Shown in pieces: positions 24,845 through 37,438 of a stretch of 64,000 nucleotides of DNA. Position numbers and translations under genes: made by a program. Positions within the stretch are counted from its first letter, which is position 1. Every line of letters starts with the position of its first letter. Source of the DNA: Cycas panzhihuaensis (Eukaryota; Plantae; Cycadophyta); the NCBI GenBank assembly GCA_023213395.1, contig CM041465.1, positions 41,795,741 to 41,859,740 of the forward strand, in the 5' to 3' direction. The notes under the pieces are model-generated. The model did not search any database. It was given only the letters and a program-made list of their open reading frames with translations, and was not told where the DNA came from.

Positions 24845-25913
24845 AAACAACACAAGATGCAAACTTGATGGGGTTATTTGATTTATTAAAGAAAATCAAA
24901 TTGCAAAATAATTTGGGGTCTGAGGGGGGTAACGAGAGGAAACCCTACCTTTTGCATTAGTTCGTGGTGATGTGTCTTCGATCTTTGTCTAGTTGTAGAT
25001 CTTGGAACGGCAACTCTCTCTGGTTTGTTGAGTCTGGTTCAAAGTAGCAACCACAACTGGCAACGATGAGGGTCAACTTGTAGTTATGACCGTGGTTATC
25101 TGCTTAAGCTCCTCACTAAGGAATTTTCTCAGTTTTCTCTTTATAAATCTTTCTTAGTTGAGGCAACCCTACCTACAAATTATGGTCATAGATTTCGAAG
25201 GCTTTTGAGTGTGCAACAACTACTTTGTAGGGGCTTTCTTTTAGACCATTCTGTTCACATACTACTTGCAATAAACTAAAACCCTACTCTATGATGTCCA
25301 ACTATAGCTAGCGAGCTCAACCTTAGTTAGTATATGAAAAAATGCAAATACACATAAGAGAAATAAACCCCTAAAAATGGAATTGATCTGTCATCTTATT
25401 TCTGCGGTGGATAATAATCCAGTCAAATTCTAATTCCATATGGCCAATTAAATTTTACTTAGGCATCTTCATGTTTTGTCATCTTACTTCTGCAAAGCTC
25501 TACACTGATGATACTATACTTTGTAGTCATAATTATAAGATGGCATCAGCATCGTAGTTTTTTGTGTAGTTTCATTACAAATAAATCCTTCATCATTTAG
25601 GTTCCCTTTTAGCTAGGGTTTCTATCTCGACTCTCTGGTGCCACACATCAGATATTTTGGTCTTGTCCTGCAACCCTCCTTTATTATAGTGGCTCCTTTT
25701 AGATTTTTAGCCCTCATTTAATGGCATAAAATTCTTATCATTTAACATCTTTAAGGTTCTTGATGAAGACTTGCCAAAGATGATGGAGAGAATATTTAAA
25801 GACTTGGGCTATTCAAGGGGCTCAAATGAAGAACTCTGGATCAACTTCAGTGCCAATCAGCACTAAAGATGTACTACTTTTAATAAAATTACTTATAAAA
25901 TACTCTGATACCA

Positions 25914-26358
25914 TGTAAGAATGAGTATCATGTACAATGCCACATGATCCAAAATATTAACAAATATAGGGAAAATAAGACATTGCACATATACATAGCA
26001 TTTGACAGGTGGAAAACCCCTTCTGGGGAAGAAAAACAACCTCCTAATCTAAGAATTTATTGATTTTAGAAACTATATATAAAACCTTGAAAAGCATACC
26101 CTCTACATACAATAAACCAGCCTTTGAAACAAGCTTTGGACAACCACCTAGATTCTCAGAGCCAACTCCTAGAATCTAGAAGAGGGTATTTATAGCAAGA
26201 GAGGTTCATTGAAATAGGCAGTTGTGCATTTCAACGACCTTCACATAATGATTAAATATTAACATAAATTAAACCTTTTACATAACTTAAATTTATAATT
26301 ACACGTGACATAAAGATAAAGTAACAATAAAATAAAACTAATATTAATATTCCTAACA
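25914..26358 (-). repeat. Copia-C 5' LTR (445 bp)
   Basis: TGTAAG...CCTAACA with adjacent PBS. Confidence 0.94.
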
Positions 26359-29284
26359 ATTATGGCATGGGCAATTGCTTTGTATTCTACTTTGGTGGAG
26401 GAAAGGACAACACTTGGCTACTTCTTATAGCTCCAAGAGATTGCAACTAAGTTCATGTCAAAATAGTAACCTAAAGTTGAATGGTGAGTGTCCTAGTAAC
26501 CTATCTAATTAGCATTTATTTGTCCTCTTGGGATAGGGGACTCAATTTAGTTATAGTTAAGACCAAACTGATATCTACCATGAATATATTTAGGGATCCT
26601 AGTTATGAATTTTCAATCATATACTTTGGGTTGTGACATAAACCTAGAGTAGATCCTAATTACATATGATATATCTAGTTAAGTATACATGAGATAGATG
26701 AGGCTCCCAACTAACTACCAATATAAAGTGGGATCAAATAGCTTTCCTTGTTCATCCAAGTTTAGCTTAGTTCCAGTTTCCATAGGAATTGGTGATGTCT
26801 TGCATTCTATCATCCTAAATCTTTATAAGATCTCATTAGCATATTTTATTTGAGATAGGAAGATGTGGTCTAGTTATTGCTAAACTTTAATTTAAAGGAA
26901 GTAATAAAGCAACCCAAGATCTATCATCTTAAAGTTACTTTTTAGTTCTAACTAAATCCAAGCTATGCCTTTGGTGTTATTTCTAGTGATTACAAGATCA
27001 TCCACATAAAGAACAATGATTATGATCAATTTATCTCTAACCCGAATGTATAGGTCTGAGTTAAAGGGTGAACGATTAAATCTATGTTGGGTGAGAAAGA
27101 TATTAATCTTTATATACCAAGTATGTGGTGCCTGCTTCATTCTATATAGGGCTTCCTTGAGCTTATAGACTAAGTGTTCTTAGCTTAGAATAGTATTGCT
27201 AGGGGGTTGCTTTAAGAAAACTTCTTCTTTGAGCTCTCCATTAAGGAAAGTACTCTTCACATTAATTTGGTAGATAAGCTAGTTAAATCAGACTACAAGT
27301 GATATTATTAAATGAAATGTGGTCATGTTGGCCATTGGAACAAAGGTATCATTATAATTAATTATCTCCTATTATTTGAAACCTTTTACTACAAGATGAA
27401 CTTTGTGATACTCAATGGTGCCATCTATATAGAATTTAGTCTTGTAAAACCATCTATAATCAATTGCCTTTTTCCCAAGTGGCAATTTTATTAGCTCCCA
27501 AGTTTTATTTTTGATGATAGAGCTTGTCTCTTCATCTATAATTACTTTCCACATTTAGTCTTTGACTACCTTCTTAAATATGGAAGGCTCAAGAATTTTT
27601 AGGAAATGTGTCATTGAGGCAAAGTTTATGGAGTGTCACATCGTAGAAGGATTTTTAGCAGTTATGGGAGGAGGAAGAGCATCCTTTAACAACTATTAAA
27701 CCCACTTGGAAGGTGGCTAAATATTAGTGGCTTCCCTATAAAGGTCATTAACTAAAATAGGTAGGATGGTTTTGTTACTTCTATTACAGAAGTGAAGGCT
27801 ACTGGAATTGATGAAGGACCTGATATATAGGAGGAGGTTGGTACTCGTGGCCCCAAAATTTATCTAAGAGGCACTTGAGGTGCATTAACTTTATCTACTA
27901 CTATAAATTGAATAAGAGGCAAATTTAGGTCATGTGAATCTTTAACAAATATTACGTCCTGAGTTGTGTATGCTTGGTTCATAATAATATCAAATACTTT
28001 GTAGGCTCTGCAACCAGGTACATAACCAAAGAAGATGTATTTTAGACTCATATCATCAAGATTCTTTATGTTCTCCTTTGGAACAAGTTTATATATCATG
28101 CATTCAAATATCTTCAAGTGTACAATAGTTGGTTTCAATCCTGACCAAGCTTCCTCAAGAGTGATGTTCCTAATCATAATAGTGAGACTTATGTTGGTTA
28201 GGTATATAGTTGTTACAATTACATCAGCCAAAATTTGGTGGTAAGTTTAGTAACACTCAGCATAGCTTTTCTTTTGTTCAATAATGTCTAGTTTATCATT
28301 TTGACTACATTGTTTTGTTGTGGTGTACCTCAGTGCTAAAAATTGGCATTGGATGCTATGTTTCTTATAAAAATTATTGAAATGATTAGAAATATACTCA
28401 CCACCATTATCAGATCTCAAGGTCTCTATTGTCATGTTACTCTTATTTTCAACCATAGCTTTGAACTCTTTGAATTTATCTAAGGCTTGGTACTTATTTC
28501 TTAGGAAGTAGACCTATACTTTCCTTGAGAAGTCATCTATGAATGTCATGAAATATAGACTCTCATTAAGTGATTATACAGACATGGGCCTATAGATGTC
28601 TGAGTGGACTAACTCTAATGGTTTTGAAGCTCTCCATGCATTCTTGGAAGGGAATTTTTCTCTCTATTGCTTTCCCTTTAGGCATGCTTCACAGATATTG
28701 TTATATCTCTTAATTTTAGGTAAACCATGTACCATGTTAAACCTAGACATTAGGTTCAAGCTTTACATATTTAAGTAACCTAGGAGTTAATTCCTTAATT
28801 AGTCTTTAGAGCTATTTGAAGTGACATTTTCCTCTGAATGAGAGCATTCTCCTTTTTCCTAGACATAAGGATATTCTTCAACCATTACATTTTTCCCCTT
28901 ATTAATTTGAGCACTTTGGGCCATTAAGCAAGATTCTTTTATTTGAGTAAAAAACTCAATAGCCCAGATAGCTCCAAAGTCTTGCTCCATAATTAGACTT
29001 CTTAAATATCTCTCAAGATTCAAATTAGTTGCCAACTTAATAATAATAATATCAAGTTAGTACTTCCTCCAATCGAAGTCCTAAATAAAAAAGAATCAAC
29101 TATCTAGGCTATTAAGCTAGCCTGTTGAGCTCTTCACTTAAATAAAGGAATCCTGCTCAATGGCCTAAAATACTCAACTTGATAAGGGAAAAGACATAAT
29201 AATTAAAGAATCCCCTTATATTTAAGAACCAAAATAATGCTCTCATTCAAAGGAAAAGGTCACTTCAAACAACTTTAAAGACCA

Positions 29285-32015
29285 ATTATGGCATCAACAC
29301 CTAGATCACTTGAACATGCAAAGCTTGAACCTAATGTCTAGGCTTAGCATAGTATATGGTTTATCCAAAAGTAAAGATATAATAGGATCTGTGAGGCATG
29401 CCTAAAGGGAAAGTAATAGAGAGAAAAATTCCCTTCCAAGAATGCATGGAGAATCTTAACACCATTTGGGTTAGTCCATTTAGACATTTGTGGGCCCATA
29501 TCTATATAATCACTCAATGGAAGCCTATATTTCATGGCATTCATAAGTGACTTCTCAAGGAAAGTATGGGTCTACTTCCTAAGAAACAAGTACCAAGCCT
29601 TAGATAAATTCAAAGAGTTTAAAGTTATAATTAAAAATAGGAGTGGCATGATAATCAAGACCTTGATATCTAATAATGGTGGTGAATATATTTCTAATTA
29701 ATTCAATAATTTTTGCAAGGAACATGGAATCCAATGCCAATTTTTAGTACCTTACATAACAAAACAAAATGGTGTAGCTGAAAGGATGAACTAGAAATTG
29801 GTGAATAAAGGAAAAGCCATGCTTAGTACTACTAAACTTGCCACCAGATTTTAGGATGATGTAATTATACTTGTTACATACCTAACTAACATAAGTCCCA
29901 TTACTACAGTTAGGAACATCACTCTTGAGAAAGCTTGGTTAAGATTGAAACCAACTATTATACACTTAAAGACATTTGGATGCATAATATATAAACTTGT
30001 TCTAAAGGAGAATAGAAAGAAGTTTAAAATGTATCTTCCTTAGTTATGTACCTAGTTCCAAATCCTACAAAGTATTTGATATTGTTGGGAACCAAGCATA
30101 CACAACTCAGGACATAATATTTGCTAAAGATTCATAGGACCTAAATTTACCTCAAATTTAGTTTATAGTAGTTGATGAAGTTGGTGCACCTCAAGTGCCT
30201 CTTAGACAAATTTGGAAGCCACTAATACTAGCCTCGTCCTATACATCAAGTCCTTCATCAATTCCAACAACCTCCACTTCTATAATAAAAACAAGCATAA
30301 CCATACCACCAATTTTAGTTGATGACATTCAGGTGGAAGCCACCAATATTTAGCTACCTCCTAAGTGGTTTCAATAGTTGTTAAATGATTCTCCTTCTCC
30401 TCCCATAGCTACCAAAAGGCCTTCTAAGATGCAACACTCCATAAACTTTACCTTAATGGCACATGTTCTAGAAACTCTTAAGCCTTCCATGTTTAAGGAG
30501 GCAACCAAAGGCTAAACGTAGAAAGTAGTTATGGGTGAAGATATGAACTCCATCATCAAAAATAAAACTTGGGAGATGATAAAATTGCCACTTAGGAAAA
30601 AGATAATTGATTATAAATGGTTATATAAGACTGAATTCTATATAGATGGCACTATCGAGTATCATGAAGCTCATCTTGTTACAAAAGGTTTAAAATAATA
30701 TGAGGGGATTAACTATGATGATGCCTTTGCACCAGTAGCCAGCATGACCACATTCTATTTGGTAATGTCACTTGTAACCCAATTCAATTGAATGGTCTAC
30801 CAAATCAATGTAAAGAGTGCTTTCCTTAATAGAGAGCTCAAAGAAGTGGTTTTCTTGAAATAACCCCCTAACTATGTTATTCCAAGGCAAGAACACTTAG
30901 TCTGTAAGCTCAAGAAATCCCTATATAGACTAAAGTAGGTACCATATACCCAGTATATAAAGATTGATATCTTTGTCATCCAAAATAGATTCAATCATTT
31001 ATCCTCTAACCTAGACCTATATATTCAAGTTAGAGATAACTTGATCCTAATCATTATTCTTTGTATGGATAATCTTGAAATCACTAGCAATGATACTAAA
31101 GGCATAGTTTGGCTTCAGTTAGAACTGAAAAGCAACTTCAAGATGAAAGATCTTGGGTTGCTTTATTACTTCCTTAGAATTAAAGTTTAGCAAGAACCAA
31201 GTCACATCTTCTAATATCAAACAAAATATGCCAATGAGCTCTTACAAAGATTTAGGATGATAGGATATAAGCCATCACTAATTCCTATGGAAAATAGAAT
31301 TAAGTTAAACCTAGATGAATAAGGAAAGCCATTTAATCACACTGTGTATCAGAAGTTAATTGGGAGCCTCATCTATCTAACCCACACTCAATTGAATATA
31401 TTATATATAATTGGTATCTACTCTAGGTATACGTCATAGCCCAAAGCATCCCTTTGGAAAGCCATAACCAAGGTCCTTAAATATATTAATGGCACACATT
31501 AGTTTAGTCTTGACTATAACCAAAGTAATTCCTCTATCCTGAGAGGACATATAGATGTTGATTGGGTAGGTTACCATGATAATCTCCATTTAACTTTAGA
31601 TTATTATTTTGATATAAACTCTGCTACAATCTCTTGGAGCTATAAGAAGCATCCAAATATTATCTTTTCCTCTATTGAAGAAGAATACAAAGTAGTTTTC
31701 CATGCCACAACATAGTTGATTTGGCTTAGAAGGATTCTCACCGAGCTTAGACTTCAATAGCTTACACCCACCATCTTCTATTGTGATAATCAAAGTATAT
31801 TGAAGATGATGAAGAATTTAGTCTTCCATACCAAAACCAAGCGTATTAAGGTCTATCATCACTTCATCCATGAACATGTCTAGAAGAAAGAAGTTAATAT
31901 CATTTATTAGCCAACTGAGGACCAGGTTGTAGATATCTTCACTAAAGTACTTGGTAAACTAGAGTTTGAACGATTTTGATATAACCTCAGCATCAAAAGA
32001 AATGAAGCTACCATT
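29285..32015 (+). pseudogene. pol: Copia-B pol remnant, right arm (GAG-pre-INT, INT, RT, RNaseH)
   Basis: QLWHQHLDHLNMQSL, DICGPI, QNGVAERMN, KNKTWEMIKLP, FYCDNQS; reverse complement of the left arm. Confidence 0.92.
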
Positions 32016-32024
32016 AAGGGGTGG

Positions 32025-32413
32025 TGTTAAAACATCATAATGATACCTTCATCAGTGTAATTTATGTTTATTATATGTATATTATAGACTAAAGATAACC
32101 CTTATTACAAATTTAATTATATTATGTAATTATGTCAGGTCTATCATATATGTCGTTAAGTCAGCCAATGATATTATTAAAAATCTTAGTGGAAAGCTTA
32201 TAAATTAATCCCTATAAAATTCATTTCTATATTGGAACTTTATTTATCTAGAAGCTCTACTAATTTATAGCCTCACATGGTGACCAATTCATCTGTGAAC
32301 TTTCATACATCTCTGTTCTATGTTTATTTGAATGTTTATTACTCTATTTTAATAGTTTAGTCTTGTTTTATGACAGATAAATATAGATTTTAGATTGTGG
32401 ATGAGTTTTAACA
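32025..32413 (+). repeat. Copia-B 3' LTR, right arm (389 bp)
   Basis: PPT AAGGGGTGG then TGTTAAAAC...TTTTAACA. Confidence 0.92.
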
Positions 32414-32649
32414 TTTAAAATTATTCATATCTTTTATATGAATAGATTTGCTATTATAAGAAGTTAATTATTAAATCCTACAAGAGTGTATGAACCTTCA
32501 AAGAATAATAGAGAGAGGTTTAGAAAAAAAGGAAGTTTAAAATATGCATAATGATGGTAGAAGAGATAAATTGTAAGAATATTCAACAAAAAGAGACTCA
32601 AGTAAGAGAATAAAAAAAAAGACATTAGTATAAATAGAAATGATGAGAG

Positions 32650-34470
32650 ATGATCGACTAATAAGATAAAATCTTCAAAATCCACATCATCCTTTGTGAG
32701 AAGTAAAAGATTAAGAGGTTATATCTCAATAAGGAAATGTTTAAATATGAACTTACAAAATCTAGTCTACCTACCTTTAGTGGTTAAATTAAATATAGAG
32801 ATAAGGCAGAAGCTTAGCTTATGAATCTAAAAAAGTATTTTCAACCAGATGATTTCAATTCAAAAGAGAATTTAAGAATAATAGCTCAAAATATCACTCA
32901 AAGTACATCACTTTAGTAGGAATACTATGAAAAGGTAAAGAATATAAGATAAAGAGAATTAATATAGAATAAGTTCTCTAAATATTTTTAGTAAAATCAC
33001 TTCTTTAAGTATTATTTTAAAAAGAAAGCATAATTTTTCTACAAGTTAAAGGAAAAATGGTAGTTGGTGAACATGAAAGGCAATTCACAAACTTTCTAAA
33101 CTATGCTCCCTATATCTATAAAGAAAGGGTAAAAGTGAATAGGTTTATAAATGGTCTAAATGATGCTATCTAAGATAAAATAAAAATATTAGAGCCCAAA
33201 ACCCTAAAATAGGTAGAAAGAAAGGTAAAAATTATGATGATCAATGTGTTAGGTGATAAGACAATAGCCTTAAGTGGAAGGATATACTTTAACAAAATCA
33301 AAAGAAGTAAAAGAGGGGATTTAGACCTCCTCCTTATCCCTAAAAAATGTAAGGAGTATTAATTAGCCTCAAGACATACAAGAAACTAGTCACAACCATG
33401 TATGCTTTCTTAAGAATACTTCTCAAGTTACTTGTTCTTATATAGTGAGATAGGACATTATGTTTAGGGACGCCTTATGAAACTAAAAGTTGATGGAATG
33501 TCCTATAATATTGGGATGATGGCAAGTGTAATAGATATAAGAAAAGTAAAAGAACCTATAAGAATATATATTATAGTGGATGGTTGATAAGCAAATTATA
33601 AATAAATCATAGTCCATACTCCATGTAAATGTTCCAACTAGACTATCGCTATGTTGATTAACTTTGATAGCAATTGTAACTTCCTATTACCATGAGTTAT
33701 AGAGAAATATAAATTATAGTATAATAAGCATGTTAATGAATGGATTATATAAATGATAAATAGGAGTAAAATAATAGTGATTAAATTTATTCCTAGTTAT
33801 AAATTGGAATGGGGATGATGGACCAATTATTCTACTTTCCAAATTATATTAGTAGGGAATTATGATGCAATAATTAGTAGATAATGGTTAGAGAAGCACC
33901 CAATAAAAATCAATTACTATAATGGGATTATGGAATGTTTAGATGATTAGGGTTCTCCTAAACTCGTATAGGATAAAAGTAGATCCATCTCCATTTAATA
34001 GATTTTAGCCATATAGATCAAAGAAAGTATGTGAAAAAGATTCCAGTTCTATATAGCCTATATTAGTAATGAAAATAGATGAAAAGGCCCTCAGTTAGAA
34101 CATTATCTAATATCAAAAGAATTTCTTAATTTATTCCCACATGAATTACTAGGCTTTCTACTTAAGAGAAAAATAGATTATGATATTGAGTTAATTCTAG
34201 AGGATGAAACTATGCCTAAGTCACTCTATTAGATGTCCATACTAGAATTATTAGAATTAAAGATGAAATTATAAAAACTATTGAATAAGAGATTTATTAG
34301 ACCTAGCATATCCCCATGGATAGCACCTACCCTATTTGTGAGGAGAAAATATAGAACACTATGACTATGCATTAACTACAAATAGCTAAATATAGTGATA
34401 ATAAAAAATAAGTATCCCCTTCTAAGGATTAATGATTTATTTGATCATATAAGAGAAGAGTGTTTCCTAT
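32650..34470 (+). pseudogene. Highly degenerate Tekay/Del-like Gypsy gag-protease-RT (N-terminal) fragment
   Basis: gag-like LPTFSG and VNRFINGLN, decayed zinc knuckle ~33430-33475, RT IRPSISPWIAPTLFV..LCINY..KNKYPLLRINDLFD; truncated after that. Confidence 0.85.
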
Positions 34471-34479
34471 GTTTATTAG

Positions 34480-37438
34480 GTCTCATTTTCACTTTTGCTT
34501 CCTACATATAAATCATGATTGGAACATAATTTTTAACTTCTTTCTAAAAGTGACTTGATTCCTACACCAACCATCTCAAAAGAGGGATATTTTTTAAACT
34601 TTTAAGTTTTAAAATTTAAGTTACTATAATATGGTTATTATTAATCAAAGTCAAACTTAAAATCCCATGTTCTCTAGTATCATGTAACTTGTTTAGTGTA
34701 TCATTAGATTATGCTTTGAATTCTTGATTTTAGAGAACCTATAATTGCAAATAGAAATACTGTTATGTAAGGACTAAAGACCTTTTCTTTCTTAGAGTGC
34801 TAGCTTTCCCTGACAATCATGTCATTGACTAGTTGTTTGACTATGTTTTCTTGATAATTTTTCTATTCAAGACTAAAAAATATTGTCTTACTTATCTTGT
34901 TATATGCCTCTAAAATTAGAAAAAACTAGTTTTTCCTAAGCTCTTAGAGTTCCATTTTTACTTTTTCTAAATCATAATAAAGCCAAAAAATGTTGTGGCA
35001 TATGAAAAATAATGGTTTCTTATTAAAAAAACCATGGGAAAAGATGCCCTATTTAATTCCTAAAGCTAATGGGATTTGGATTTTTTTCAATTTTTCATCA
35101 CTCATGGTTTTAAGGCAACTCTATTATTATACTTTATGTGATTTTCATAGGTTGATTTTTTGTAGATTTTTGCTTAGTGGTCGGTGCTTAGTAAGGCTTT
35201 AGAATGATAAAGATATTATTCTTTTAAGGTTTTCCCACCTAGATTCAAGTTTTTAGTGTCAATTTTCTTCAAGACTTTACTTGTAGGAAGTCTTTACTAA
35301 GCACATTTACTCTCTAATTTTCTCTAACAATGGATTTACTACTAGATTGATAAGTTTGTATTTTCTTTTTTATTACTTTCATAATTGATTTACTTTTACT
35401 TTTGATTTTCCTTCATCCTATTGGTGTTTTCTTCATAGATATCTTGTTTTTTAAGGTTTTACTTGAGGATTTGATTATTTTATTAGATTGATCCCATACT
35501 CATTTCATGCATAAACATATTCCACTGCCTATTACATGTTAGATTAAGATATTCCCCTTTATTTTACTTCCTTATTTCTAGATTTCTCACTCCTCTTTGT
35601 TCCATAATTGCATTGCCTTACTAGAATTCTTTCTTTGGTTCTCACTAGTAGATCTCACTTCTTCCTATTGAATCTAGCCTTTCAACTCTTGTTCTTATAA
35701 TCATGTTTCTTTTTAGTCAATAAACTCTTAGATCTATCTTCTATTTATCTATTTTTATCACTTATGTGGCTCTTGAAGCATTTTAATTTCTTATTTGTAT
35801 ATTTGCTTAGGATTTGACTTGCTTACTTACTGGTTGTGATTGCTTTAGGTTATGCTTATTGATTATAGCTCTCTTTTGTCTTTTCTCTTAAATATCATTT
35901 CTTTTTTTTTCTCACTTGCATCTAGGCATAAAATTAAGATATTATATCTTGATTTTGGCAAAGTTTGGGAATACTATCTCTTCTTCATCTACTAGTTTGT
36001 ATGCACTTTTCCTCACCTCCCCACTTACTTGCTAATATTATGAAGGGATTTCTAGAGTCTTTTTAGCATAGATCTAAGGTGTCTACCCTCCTCGTAGGTA
36101 TGATTTATGCACATTAATATTCCAGACTTTTGGTTACTTTATATTCTAGCATTTTATTTTGTACTAGTTGCCCCTTATTTAGGTAGCTTACATTGCTCTC
36201 TTCTAAGTATTAGAAGAAGGTTCTTTTTTAAATTTCTTTCTTATTCTTGTTTTGTTTTTCATTCTATCTAATAAAGGGATTTATCTAATATCCCTTTATA
36301 TAACATTACTTATTTATGGTATGTAATATTCTCACATAATTGGAAGTGTGTATACCTTTAAAAATATCTCAAAAGAAAACCTAATATCTTGCAAGACCAT
36401 ATACCCTTAAAAATACTTTCAAAAAATATATAATCAAAACTAAAAAGAAAGAAATTATAGGGAAATCCCCTTCATCTCTTATATTCTCTCTCTCATTTTT
36501 TGTATGTGATCTACTAGGGAAAGATAAGTATAAGTGAACTTAGAATCTATAGCTCTTATTTACATTTTTAGTTATGAGGTTGTTATATGTTTTCTTAGTC
36601 AATATTGAATGTTTTCTTTTGTACATTTTCTTAGTGTTCTTAAATAGATGTTCTCATATTTGCTTGGTTGATATTATATGTTTCTTTTTATATATTTGAT
36701 TAACCTACTTAGGCAAGTGTGCTTCAATTTGCTTGGTTGATGTTACTTGAAGTGTATAGTAGTTACATGGTTTGATTTTCCCTCTTCTTTCTCCTCTTAT
36801 ATTCTCTTTCCTATTTATTTCTAACTCTTTATAGTATGAAAAACATCCACAAATCAATTGCACCTATATATGTAGACTTAGTCTTCAAAATAGAGCCATC
36901 TTATTATCAATGCAATATGCAACAAGAGGTTATCTTATGGTGTTATAAAGAGACCAAAGAGTCCCTAGTCTGAAGTATTAGCCCCCTTAATAGTCATATA
37001 TCACTAGTTATAACTCAATAAGTTGTTGTATATATTTCAAAATTTGGATTCTTATATCAATTTTATATATTGAGACCATGTTAGTCTAAGGTCCAAGTAT
37101 AAGTATAGATACACATCTACATTAGATAGAGACTATTTAACACGAGGGATATAACTCATAGTGGAAGTGCCTTTTAGAGTGATTCTACCTTCTTATGTGG
37201 AGTACCTTTCTTCATCTTTCACTCCTCTTGGTCTTCTTAAGTCATGATCAATTCCTTCCCTCCATCTATATTCCATGTAATACTTAAGTTTGAGATAGTT
37301 TTATCCCTATTCTTATTGATATTAATGTTTATTCATAGCTCATAACTTAGGTTATAATCCTCACCTTAAAGTTTTGTAATATATTAGACTTTATAATTAT
37401 TTAATTAATTTGTAAGTGATGAGTCATTGGGGGTTACA
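34480..37438 (+). mobile_element. Possible large Gypsy-type LTR or LTR fragments
   Basis: Non-coding, ends in GGGGGTTACA, typical of chromoviral LTR 3' ends; no start, PBS or TSD found. Confidence 0.3.

Larger units (their letters stand above)
19076..26358 (-). mobile_element. Copia-C: near full-length Copia nested in the Copia-B RNaseH
   Basis: LTRs 19076-19517 (6 terminal nt deleted) and 25914-26358, PBS TGGTATCAGAG 25903-25913, PPT 19518-19526. Confidence 0.95.
18780..28800 (-). pseudogene. pol: Copia-B pol remnant, left arm (GAG-pre-INT, INT, RT, RNaseH), split by Copia-C at 19076-26358
   Basis: ETLRSDNGGEYISN, LDDMSLKYIFFGY, KNKTWELIKLP, IIVLYVDDLVIT; RNaseH continues across the insertion (26359 joins 19075). 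Confidence 0.92.

Noticed and set aside
18385-32413. Palindrome as an assembly artefact or a DIRS-type element
   Set aside because: The arms are substantially diverged with private indels and a nested insertion. The integrase is DDE Copia-type, with no tyrosine recombinase.
3500-34470. RT N-half at 34250-34460 and RT C-half at 3518 being two halves of one inverted element (both break near LFDQ)
   Set aside because: They overlap at FDQ/FDH with different following residues and appear to be different lineages. Treated as coincidence, though an RT phylogeny would settle it.
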